NCBI GenBank assembly: GCA_963850385.1
Contig: CAWKKS010000001.1
Span: 207,419 to 271,418, forward strand
From: Candidatus Dormiibacterota bacterium
GTDB taxonomy: Bacteria; Chloroflexota; Dormibacteria; Aeolococcales; Aeolococcaceae
Direction of reading: 5' to 3'
DNA length: 64,000 nt
Shown: positions 54,890-64,000 of the stretch, piece after piece
Layout: each line of letters starts with the position of its first letter
Position numbering within the stretch: the stretch's first letter is position 1
The notes under the pieces: model-generated
The model's input: only the letters and a program-made list of their open reading frames with translations
The model's database searches: none
Told to the model about the DNA's origin: nothing
Translations under genes and position numbers: made by a program

Positions 54890-56053
54890 ATGCACAGCGG
54901 TCGGCACTTCCTCCAGATCCCGGGCCCCACCAACGTGCCCGACAGGGTGCTGCGCGCCATCTCCATGCCCGTCATCGATCACCGCGGCCCGGAGTTCGCG
55001 GCGATGGTGTCCGAATTGCTGCCGCGGCTCGGAGCGGTCTTCGACACCTCCGGACCCGTGGTTGTGTACCCGTCATCGGGGACTGGCGCGTGGGAAGCGG
55101 CGATGGTCAACACGCTGTCGCCAGGCGACCGCGTCCTCTGCTTCGACACCGGCCAGTTCGCGGCGTTGTGGTGCGACGTCGCCGTCAAGCTCGGCCTCGA
55201 GGTGACCACGATCGAGGGCGACTGGAGGCACGGCGCCAACCCCGACCAGCTCGCGGCCGAGCTCGCCACCGACCAGGGACAGACCATCCGCGCGGTGATG
55301 GTGGTGCACAGCGAGACGTCGACCGGCGTCCTCAGCCGCATCCCGGAGATCCGCCGCGCCCTCGATGACGCCGGCCACGGTGCCCTGCTGTTCGTCGATG
55401 CGGTGTCGTCCCTGGCCGCGACCGACTACCACCATGACGCCTGGGGCGTCGACGTCACCATCGCCGGCTCGCAGAAGGGCCTGATGCTCCCGCCCGGGCT
55501 CGGCTTCAACGCGGTCAGCGAGAAGGCCCTGGCGGCGAGCGCCGGCGCCCGGCTGGCGCGCAGCTACTGGGACTGGCGACCGATCCTCGACTTCAACACC
55601 CGAGGGTTCTTCCCGTACACGCCGCCCACCAACCTCCTGTACGGGCTGCGCGAGGCGCTGACGATCCTCGACGAGGAGGGGCGTGAGGCGGTGGTGGCAC
55701 GCCACCAGCGCCACGCCGAGGCGACCCGTCGCGCCGTGCGCGGCTGGGGACTCGAGGTGCTGTGCCTCGACGAGCGTGAGCACTCGCCGGTGGTGACAGC
55801 CGTGCTCATGCCGGCGGGCCACGACGCGGATGCTCTGCGTGCGCGCATCCTCGAGGACTTCGACATGTCGCTCGGGGCAGGGCTGGGCAGGCTGGCAGGC
55901 CAGGTGTTCCGCATCGGCCACCTCGGTCACTTCAACGACCTCGCGCTGGTCGGCACGCTCGGCGGGGTGGAGATGGGGCTGGCGCGCGCGCATGTCCCGA
56001 GCACAGCGGGGGGGCTCACAGCCGCGGTCGACTACCTCGCCACCACGCGCTGA
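54890..56053 (+). CDS. Class-V aminotransferase (serine/alanine-glyoxylate aminotransferase type)
   Basis: 'IPGPTNVPDRVL', 'VVHSETSTGV', 'GSQKGLMLPPGLG' (PLP Lys), 'FRIGHLG'. Confidence 0.9.
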   Translation: MHSGRHFLQIPGPTNVPDRVLRAISMPVIDHRGPEFAAMVSELLPRLGAVFDTSGPVVVYPSSGTGAWEAAMVNTLSPGDRVLCFDTGQFAALWCDVAVKLGLEVTTIEGDWRHGANPDQLAAELATDQGQTIRAVMVVHSETSTGVLSRIPEIRRALDDAGHGALLFVDAVSSLAATDYHHDAWGVDVTIAGSQKGLMLPPGLGFNAVSEKALAASAGARLARSYWDWRPILDFNTRGFFPYTPPTNLLYGLREALTILDEEGREAVVARHQRHAEATRRAVRGWGLEVLCLDEREHSPVVTAVLMPAGHDADALRARILEDFDMSLGAGLGRLAGQVFRIGHLGHFNDLALVGTLGGVEMGLARAHVPSTAGGLTAAVDYLATTR

Positions 56054-56054
56054 G

Positions 56055-59015
56055 GTGTCTGTCACCAGCGAGTTGACCGTCGCCCTGCGCACGGCCATGG
56101 CGGGCGAGGTCCGCGACGACCGGTACACGCGCCACCTCTTCTCGACCGATGCGAGCATGTACAGCATCGAGCCGCTCGCGGTCACCTTCCCGCGCGACGC
56201 GGCCGACGTCGCGGCGGCGGTCGCTGTGTGCGCGGAGCAGGGTGTGCCCATGCTGCCGCGCGGCGCGGGCACCAGCCTGGCGGGGCAGACGGTGGGACGG
56301 GCGGTGATCATCGACACCTCGCGGCACATGGACGGCATCGCTGAGTTGAACCCGGAGGCGCGGACAGCCCGCGTACAACCCGGCGTCGTGCAGGACGACC
56401 TCAACCGCGCGGCGGCGAGGCACGGCCTGCTCTTCGGCCCCGACACGTCGACCAGCAACCGCGCCACCGTCGGCGGCATGATCGGCAACAACTCCGCCGG
56501 CAGCGGGTCGGTGCTGTACGGGATGACCATCGACCACGTGCGCGCGCTCGACGTGGTGCTCAGCGACGGGTCGACAGCCGCGTTCACAACCGGCCGCAGC
56601 ACCCTGGCGAGCGCCGGCGCGCTCGAGTCCCGCATCCGCGCGGAGCTGCCCGCCATCGTCGAGCGACACCGCGCCGCCATCGCGACCGGTTTCCCGCCGT
56701 ACTGGCGTCGCGCGGGCGGCTACCGACTCGACCGGCTCGCGGACGCTTCGGGGCTCGACCTCGCCGGCTTCGTCGTCGGCTCGGAAGGGACCCTGGCGAT
56801 CACCACCGAGGCGACCGTCGGCCTGGTGCCGCTGCCCCGCTTCAGGGCAATCGCCGTCGGCCATTTCGCGTCGGTGGTCGAGGCGATCGCCGCCACCGCC
56901 GACGCGCTGTCAGTCCAGCCCGCCGCCGTCGAGCTCATCGACAGCACCATCCTCGAGCTCTCCCGACGGCGACTCGAGTACGCGGCGCTCGGCTCGATCC
57001 TCGAGGGCAGCCCCGGGGCGCTCCTCTTCGTGACCATCAACGGTGACACGCCCGCCGAGGCAGAGGCGGGCGTCGACCGCGTCGCCGAGCTCTGGCACAC
57101 CCACGGCCACGGCTACCACACCCTGCGCGCCACCACCCCGGCACAGCAGGGGGCGCTCCTCAAGGTGCGCGCCGCCGGGCTGGGCCTGCTCATGGCCGCG
57201 GCCGAGGGGACGAGACGACCGGTCGCCTTCGTCGAGGACACGGCGGTCGACCCCGATCACCTCCCCGAGTACACCAGGCGCTTCGCCGCGATCCTCGACC
57301 GCCACAACCTCAGGGCCGGCTTCTACGGCCATGCCTCCGTGGGATGCCTGCACATCAGACCGTTCATGGACCTCACCGTCCCCGCCGAGGTGGCCACCAT
57401 GCGCGCCGTCGCTGAGGAGGTCCGCGACCTGGTGGCGGAGTTCGGCGGCGCCAACTCCAGCGAGCACGGTGACGGGCTCGCGCGCAGCGAGTTCAACCGC
57501 CACATCTTCGGCGACGAGCTGTACGAGGCGATGCGAGAGGTGAAGCGGCTCTTCGACCCCGCCGCGCTCCTCAACCCCGGGAAGATCGTCGACGCTCCCT
57601 CGATGACGGACAACCTCCGCGACCTGGCGCTGCTCACGCCACGACCGCTGACCACGCGGCTGTCGTTCGCCGCCACCGGCGGCATGCGCGGCGCTGCCGA
57701 CCGATGCATGAACATCGGCGTCTGCCGCAAGGGCTCCACCGGCGTGATGTGCCCCTCATACATGGCCACGCGCGAGGAGGAGCACAGCACCCGCGGTCGC
57801 GCCAACGCCCTCGTCCTCGCCCTCTCACAACCGGATCCGCGCCGCGGGCTGGGCGACGCACGCCTCCATGACATCCTCGACCTCTGCCTCGAATGCAAGG
57901 CCTGCAAGAGCGAGTGTCCGCTGGGCGTCGACATGGCCTCGATGAAGAGCGAGTTCCTCCATCAGTACCAGGCGGAGCATGGCGTTCCCCTGCGCGCCCG
58001 CTTCTTCGCCGCCGCGCGCCGGCTCAATCGGTTGGGATCCGCATTCGCGCCTCTGTCGAACGCGCTCACCGCCATGCCGGGCGCGCGAGCGCTGATGGAA
58101 CGCGCACTCGGCATCACCCGCCACCGGCCGCTGCCACGCTTCGAGCGCAACACCCTGCTGCGATGGCATGGACGCCGTGAGCGCCGGCACACCGCCACGC
58201 TCGGCCGTGTCCTGATGCTGGCCAACTCGTTCACCACCTTCACCGAGCCCGGCGTCGGTATCGCGGCGGTGGAGCTGCTCGAGATGGCAGGCTGGGAGGT
58301 CGAGCTGATCGGCGACCGCTGCTGCGGCCGCGCGGCAATCTCCAAGGGCCAACTCGACGAGGCCGGCCGCCTCGCGGAGGCGATGACGACACGGCTCGTG
58401 GGGCGTGCCCGGGAGGGTGCGGTGATCGTCGGCGTCGAGCCGTCGTGCGTGCTCACGCTGGTCGAGGAGCACCTCAGCCTGCAGCCTGACCGCGAGGATG
58501 CACGTGTCGTGGCGGCGCAGGTGCGGCTGGCCGACCAGCTCATCCTCGAGGCGATCGACGCGGGACGGTTGCGTCTCGACCCCCGGGCAGACGTTGCCGG
58601 TCGCCGGATCCTGTTCCACGGCCACTGCCACCAGAAGGCGCTGAGCGGCACGACTGCGACCGTGCAGCTGCTCTCGCGCATCCCTGGCGCGACGGTGGTC
58701 GAGCTCGATGCCGGCTGCTGCGGCATGGCGGGCTCGTTCGGTTTCGAGGTCGAGCACTACGAACTGTCCATGCGCATCGGCGGGATGCGCCTGTTTCCAA
58801 CGGTGAACGCTGAGCCCGGCGACACGTTGATCGCGGCCACCGGGGTCTCGTGCCGACAGCAGATCACCCATGGCACCGGGCGTCAGCCACGCCACCCTGT
58901 GGAATTGATCCGCGCAGCCGTCCTCGACCAGCCGGGGTCACGGTCCAGATCGGCTGACGCGAGCCTGCCGCACGGGGCGGGTGCTGGCGGAGATCAGAGG
59001 TTGAACGGCGCCTGA
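56055..59015 (+). CDS. FAD-linked oxidase fused to an Fe-S/CCG-domain oxidoreductase (GlcD-GlcF fusion, YdiJ-like)
   Basis: 'PRGAGTSLAGQ', 'EHGDGLARS', ferredoxin motif 'CLECKACKSECP', and CCG motifs 'CCGRA' and 'CCGMAG'. The start is uncertain: GTG 56055, 1 nt after the previous stop; the alternative is ATG 56097. Confidence 0.9.
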   Translation: MSVTSELTVALRTAMAGEVRDDRYTRHLFSTDASMYSIEPLAVTFPRDAADVAAAVAVCAEQGVPMLPRGAGTSLAGQTVGRAVIIDTSRHMDGIAELNPEARTARVQPGVVQDDLNRAAARHGLLFGPDTSTSNRATVGGMIGNNSAGSGSVLYGMTIDHVRALDVVLSDGSTAAFTTGRSTLASAGALESRIRAELPAIVERHRAAIATGFPPYWRRAGGYRLDRLADASGLDLAGFVVGSEGTLAITTEATVGLVPLPRFRAIAVGHFASVVEAIAATADALSVQPAAVELIDSTILELSRRRLEYAALGSILEGSPGALLFVTINGDTPAEAEAGVDRVAELWHTHGHGYHTLRATTPAQQGALLKVRAAGLGLLMAAAEGTRRPVAFVEDTAVDPDHLPEYTRRFAAILDRHNLRAGFYGHASVGCLHIRPFMDLTVPAEVATMRAVAEEVRDLVAEFGGANSSEHGDGLARSEFNRHIFGDELYEAMREVKRLFDPAALLNPGKIVDAPSMTDNLRDLALLTPRPLTTRLSFAATGGMRGAADRCMNIGVCRKGSTGVMCPSYMATREEEHSTRGRANALVLALSQPDPRRGLGDARLHDILDLCLECKACKSECPLGVDMASMKSEFLHQYQAEHGVPLRARFFAAARRLNRLGSAFAPLSNALTAMPGARALMERALGITRHRPLPRFERNTLLRWHGRRERRHTATLGRVLMLANSFTTFTEPGVGIAAVELLEMAGWEVELIGDRCCGRAAISKGQLDEAGRLAEAMTTRLVGRAREGAVIVGVEPSCVLTLVEEHLSLQPDREDARVVAAQVRLADQLILEAIDAGRLRLDPRADVAGRRILFHGHCHQKALSGTTATVQLLSRIPGATVVELDAGCCGMAGSFGFEVEHYELSMRIGGMRLFPTVNAEPGDTLIAATGVSCRQQITHGTGRQPRHPVELIRAAVLDQPGSRSRSADASLPHGAGAGGDQRLNGA

Positions 59016-59806
59016 AACGAGTACTGGTTCAGCAGCGTGATCTCGTTGCTGATCAACAGCAGACCGAAGCCGAGCAGCAGCAGCCCGGCGACCATGTTGA
59101 TGACGCGCATGCGCCTGTTCACCGCACGGATGACGCCCTGCATGCGATCGGCGAGGGCGGCCACGATCAGGAACGGCACGGCAAGCCCGGCGCAGTACAC
59201 GAGCATGAAGGGAAGCCCGCCGAAGTCCCCGCTGACGGCGAGCTGGAGGATGGCGCCCAACTGGGCGCCGATGCACGGCGTCCAGCCGAGCGCGAAGGTG
59301 ATCCCGAGCAGGAAGGCGCCGGCGCTGCCACCCCCGGCGACCGGGGGGCCGTGGAAACGCCACTCGCGCATCAGCAGCGGGATTCGAACGACTCCCCACG
59401 TCTGCAGCGCCAGCACGATGATGATCGCGCCGGCGATGCGGTTGACGGCGACCTGGTGGCGCAGCAGGAAGGTCACCTCGAGCGCCTGGAGCACGTAGAA
59501 CAGGGCGATGAAGACCACCATGAAGCCGGCGACGAACGCGACCCCGTTGCCGAGGACCGGGACGCGCAGAGCGGCGCGGCTGCGCGCGTGAGTGGGTGCG
59601 GCCACCTCCATTCCGACGCCGGCGCCGGCGCCGGCGCCCGCGCCCGCGGTCAGCAGGGCGGCCGAGCCAATCGGTTCAGCGGCGGTGGCGCGGCCCCCGA
59701 GGTAGGCGGCGTAGACGGGCACGAGGGGGAAGACGCACGGGGAGAGGAAGGATGCCAGCCCGGCCAGGAAGGCCAGCGGGACGGACGGCGCGGTGAGCGC
59801 GATCAC
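58994..59806 (-). CDS. ccdA: Cytochrome c biogenesis thiol-disulfide transporter (CcdA/DsbD-core)
   Basis: 'FLSPCVFPLVPVY' and 'GWTPCIG' are the two conserved Cys. There are 6 or more TM spans and an Ala/Gly-rich insertion after TM1. GTG start. Confidence 0.9.
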   Translation of the reverse strand: MIALTAPSVPLAFLAGLASFLSPCVFPLVPVYAAYLGGRATAAEPIGSAALLTAGAGAGAGAGVGMEVAAPTHARSRAALRVPVLGNGVAFVAGFMVVFIALFYVLQALEVTFLLRHQVAVNRIAGAIIIVLALQTWGVVRIPLLMREWRFHGPPVAGGGSAGAFLLGITFALGWTPCIGAQLGAILQLAVSGDFGGLPFMLVYCAGLAVPFLIVAALADRMQGVIRAVNRRMRVINMVAGLLLLGFGLLLISNEITLLNQYSFQAPFNL

Positions 59807-59829
59807 CGCGCCATCCTACCCAGCCGCCC

Positions 59830-61149
59830 TCAGGGCGGCCCCTCGACGTAGTACCGCTGCCGCCAGCGCATCGCCAGGTACCCGATCGACAGCACCAGCA
59901 GGACCTCGAACACCAGCGGCACCGGCCAGTGAAAGGCCGAACCGACGAACTGGCCCAGCCCCGAGGCGGGAGGCGCAGTCGGCGGCGCCGCGATCGCCCT
60001 CACCGGGCTGCGTGGCGTCGGCGTCGGTGTCGCCAGGGTCGCCGGGATGGGCTGCCCTGGAGCCTCCGCGACCAGCGCGGGAGGCACCGGCGCGGTGGTG
60101 TCAGCCTCTGCCTCGACGGCCCCGCCTGAGGCAGGGTCGATCGCCGCGAGCACGACCGGCGGCGTCACCTGCTCCACGGCCAGCGCCTCCACCTCGCGCT
60201 TGCCGGCCGACATCCCGGCGTCCGCGACAGTGAACGACGAGCCCCCGTCCGTGGATCGGAGCAGCTCGCCGCCGTTCGAACCGCCCTGATCGGCCCCGGC
60301 GTACACCAGCGACGGGTCGAGCGGGCTGATCACCACCGCCGTCAGGGTGAGGTTCTCCGGCACGCCGGTGCTGGCCGTCCAGGTGGTGCCGCTGTCGCCA
60401 CTGCGGAACGTGCCCTTGGAGGTGGTGATCACCAGCGGTCGCTTGGTCACCGAGTTGGTGAGCGGGCCGGCCGCCACCGAGCTCACCACCGCCGCGGATG
60501 GCAGCCCCGTCTGCAGGGCCTGCCAGCTGGCGGCGGGCGAGCCGAACCTGAAGAGATAGCCATTGGAGACGTCGCCCCTGTCAGTTGCCGCCACGAGGAC
60601 AAGTGAGGGTGCGTTCGCCGCGATCGCCAGGGACGAGATGGAGTACTGGTCGAGGCCGCCGTCATGCCAGGCGGTGCCGTCCGGGCTCAGTGCCACCCCA
60701 TGGTTGGTCCCCGCGGCCACGCCGTCGGCCCCGAAAGCCAGCGCGCGCACGGTGTGGTCGGTGAGCCCACTGGACGAGGGCGACCACGTCACTCCGTTGT
60801 CCCCGCTGATGAACACCCCGAGGCCATCGGTTCCGGCAAACAGCCGTGCGGGATCACGGACGTCGAAACCGACGGCCCACACCCGGGTCGTGCCGAGCCC
60901 GCCTGCGGCCCAGTGGGAACCCGAGTCGGTGGTGATGTAGACGCCACGGTCGGTGCCGGCGACAACCAGCCCAGCAGTCTTCGGCGACGCCGCCAGCGAC
61001 CAGATCCGCCCCGGGCCCAACCCCGGGAGGTCGGAGGTCCGACTCCATGCCGCGCGACCCACGATTGGGCCGGCCGAGGCGAGAACCATCGACGCGATCG
61101 TCGCGCCGAGTAGCGTTGCCACCGGGAGGCGGCGCGTTCTCATGTGCAT
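59830..61149 (-). CDS. Secreted BNR/Asp-box beta-propeller protein with a Pro-rich stalk and a C-terminal TM anchor
   Basis: It has a signal peptide and five Asp-box-like repeats ('TTDSGSHW', 'SGDNGVTW', 'SPDGTAW', 'SGDSGTTW', 'STDGGSSF'). The C-terminus 'PVPLVFEVLLVLSIGYLAM' is a TM span. Confidence 0.8.
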   Translation of the reverse strand: MHMRTRRLPVATLLGATIASMVLASAGPIVGRAAWSRTSDLPGLGPGRIWSLAASPKTAGLVVAGTDRGVYITTDSGSHWAAGGLGTTRVWAVGFDVRDPARLFAGTDGLGVFISGDNGVTWSPSSSGLTDHTVRALAFGADGVAAGTNHGVALSPDGTAWHDGGLDQYSISSLAIAANAPSLVLVAATDRGDVSNGYLFRFGSPAASWQALQTGLPSAAVVSSVAAGPLTNSVTKRPLVITTSKGTFRSGDSGTTWTASTGVPENLTLTAVVISPLDPSLVYAGADQGGSNGGELLRSTDGGSSFTVADAGMSAGKREVEALAVEQVTPPVVLAAIDPASGGAVEAEADTTAPVPPALVAEAPGQPIPATLATPTPTPRSPVRAIAAPPTAPPASGLGQFVGSAFHWPVPLVFEVLLVLSIGYLAMRWRQRYYVEGPP

Positions 61150-61441
61150 GGCTGTCAGCTGGAGGCGGGCGCTGGAGGTCGCTTCAGGGACAGCGCCCCG
61201 CCGAAGGAGACGGCCTCCGGACCGTCGCGTCGCGGCTCAGGATAGCAGCGGGGCTCGGCAGCAACCGCTCGGTGACTGATCCGATGCCGGCCTGTTGAAC
61301 TCGAGGCCCACCAACCGAGCGTGGCCGCCCACCCCGCCGAATTCTGCACAGGCCCGTGATCTTCCGGCGAACGGCTGTCAGAGGCCCCCTGCGCGTGGGA
61401 AACTGCTCGCGCCAGCATCGATCCGAGAGGAGACCACAGCC

Positions 61442-62050
61442 ATGGCCGTCATGACCGCAGAGGGTGTGCCGCACGCCCAGGCCCCGGCCGGTCCGCGCCG
61501 GGCCATCCAGGTGGTGCCGCTGAAGGGCCTGCCGGTGGTCGCGGTGATCCTCACCCTCCTGGTGGTGTCGATCGCCGCCAACTGGCAGTGGGCGCTGATG
61601 TTCTTCCACGTCGCCGGGGGAGGCCTGTGGACGGGGATCGACCTGTTCGTCGGGTTCGTCGTCGGGCCGATACTCGGCCGGCTCTCGATCCCGGCCCGCG
61701 CCGAGTTCTCGTCCCGGTTCATGCCGATGATGGTGCTGATCATGCCGACGCTGGTGGTGATGACCCTAGCCGCCGGGTTCCAGGTGGCCTTCGGTCTCGG
61801 CAACCTGCAGGCCTCGAGCATCAACCACGGCTGGCTGGTGGCCTCCTTCGCCGTCGTCGGCGTGATGGCGACCATCGCCCTGGGCGTGCTCGAGCCGGCG
61901 AACATCGCCGTGCTCACAGAGATGAACAAGCCGCGGCCCAACGGCGAGGTGATCGGTCGCTTGATGAAGCGCTTCGTCTACTCCGCCGGCATCACCGGAG
62001 CGATGCAGGTGGCGACCCTTCTCATCATGACCCGGATCACCACGCAGTGA
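61442..62050 (+). CDS. Integral membrane protein, unknown function (4-5 TM)
   Basis: ATG 61442 lies downstream of GAGGAG, within ORF 61295..62050. The hydrophobic spans include 'FFHVAGGGLWTGIDLFVGFVVGPIL'. Confidence 0.7.
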   Translation: MAVMTAEGVPHAQAPAGPRRAIQVVPLKGLPVVAVILTLLVVSIAANWQWALMFFHVAGGGLWTGIDLFVGFVVGPILGRLSIPARAEFSSRFMPMMVLIMPTLVVMTLAAGFQVAFGLGNLQASSINHGWLVASFAVVGVMATIALGVLEPANIAVLTEMNKPRPNGEVIGRLMKRFVYSAGITGAMQVATLLIMTRITTQ

Positions 62051-62463
62051 GCCAGCAGCCCGCGGCCGCGGTGGGGGTCGTCGACCAGCCCCACTTCCCG
62101 CCGATCACCCAGCTGACCATGGGCTCGCTCGCGCTGGTCATCATCGGCGGCATCTACATGGTGGGAACGTTCACCAGCGGGACCACGCTGGCCATCCCGG
62201 CCGCGCTGCTGGCCGGCAGCGCCCTGCTCTGGGTGGTCAGCCTGCTGCTCATGGCCCGGCATCAGGGATTCGCATGGCCGGTGTTCAGGCGCGTTGCCGG
62301 CTGGGCGCTGCTCGCCTACGCCGTGATCGCCGCGATGATCGAGTTCTCGTTCATCCACAACCATGTCAGCGGCACGCCCCTGCTCATCCTGACACTCAGC
62401 CTGGTGATGTTCGCCCTCGACGTCCCGCTGAGCATCGGGTTCACCGTCGCGCGGTTCGCGTGA
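62047..62463 (+). CDS. Integral membrane protein, unknown function (4 TM)
   Basis: GTG 62047 overlaps the previous stop (GTGA), within ORF 61588..62463. The alternative start is ATG 62119. Confidence 0.6.
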   Translation: MSQQPAAAVGVVDQPHFPPITQLTMGSLALVIIGGIYMVGTFTSGTTLAIPAALLAGSALLWVVSLLLMARHQGFAWPVFRRVAGWALLAYAVIAAMIEFSFIHNHVSGTPLLILTLSLVMFALDVPLSIGFTVARFA

Positions 62464-62487
62464 CCCGCGCCGACCTGGACGGGTCGT

Positions 62488-64000
<1,513 letters not shown>

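Noticed and set aside
61217-61258. 'CCGGAC...UCAGGAUAGCAGCGG' loosely resembles the guanidine-III (ykkC-III) riboswitch upstream of small membrane proteins.
   Set aside because: The required second CCGG strand for P1 and the GCGCC/GGCGC pseudoknot partners are missing. The element is ~180 nt from the start codon and does not touch the SD.

Overview
This is a 64-kb, very GC-rich bacterial chromosomal segment (roughly 70% GC by eye, not computed). It is densely coding on both strands. I support about 66 protein-coding genes, one frame-disrupted gene (folK) and one tRNA-Lys(CUU). I found no rRNA, CRISPR array, transposase, integrase or phage gene. GTG starts, GGAGG-type Shine-Dalgarno sites and 4-nt ATGA/GTGA start-stop overlaps are common. 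Nearly every real gene carries a long Arg/Gly/Pro-rich shadow ORF on the opposite strand, so I rejected most long ORFs in the track. The lineage looks like a high-GC Gram-positive-type or Chloroflexota-like organism, but I cannot tell which.

Content, left to right:
- A partial Ig-repeat lipoprotein, a triple-DUF4388 protein and an orphan OmpR-type regulator.
- A maoC-folP-folK operon, with folK frame-disrupted.
- CsbD, a peroxiredoxin-like protein, and two orphan beta-class DNA methyltransferases flanking an S51 peptidase, a membrane protein and an acyl-CoA dehydrogenase.
- rsgA.
- A five-gene lipid-modification-type operon: FAD oxidoreductase, DUF1365, CFA-synthase family, an unknown Cys-motif protein and a CitE-like lyase.
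- A Upf1-like SF1 helicase with a zinc knuckle and a poly-Arg tail, coupled to a glutaredoxin-like/PDZ fusion.
- DUF72, a GGDEF-EAL membrane protein, GNAT, IMPase, fabI-fabF, an aminopeptidase P and a macro-domain protein.
- A UbiA / NDP-sugar dehydrogenase / GT2 / epimerase glycolipid-type cluster.
- A NarL-type and an OmpR-type two-component system.
- A fused membrane/spermidine-synthase protein and PHP and PAP2 proteins.
- A nine-gene run under a GntR regulator: Liv-type ABC transporter, CaiB/CaiD-like CoA-transferase and crotonase, class-V aminotransferase and a YdiJ-like FAD/Fe-S oxidase.
- ccdA, a BNR propeller protein, two unknown membrane proteins and purA.

Best candidates for something undescribed:
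- The helicase plus Grx-PDZ module with its promoter and leader.
- The extended DUF1365/CFA operon with its unknown Cys-motif protein.
- The paired orphan methyltransferases.

None can be called a new system from sequence alone. All family calls rest on motifs I recognised by eye; no searches were run.
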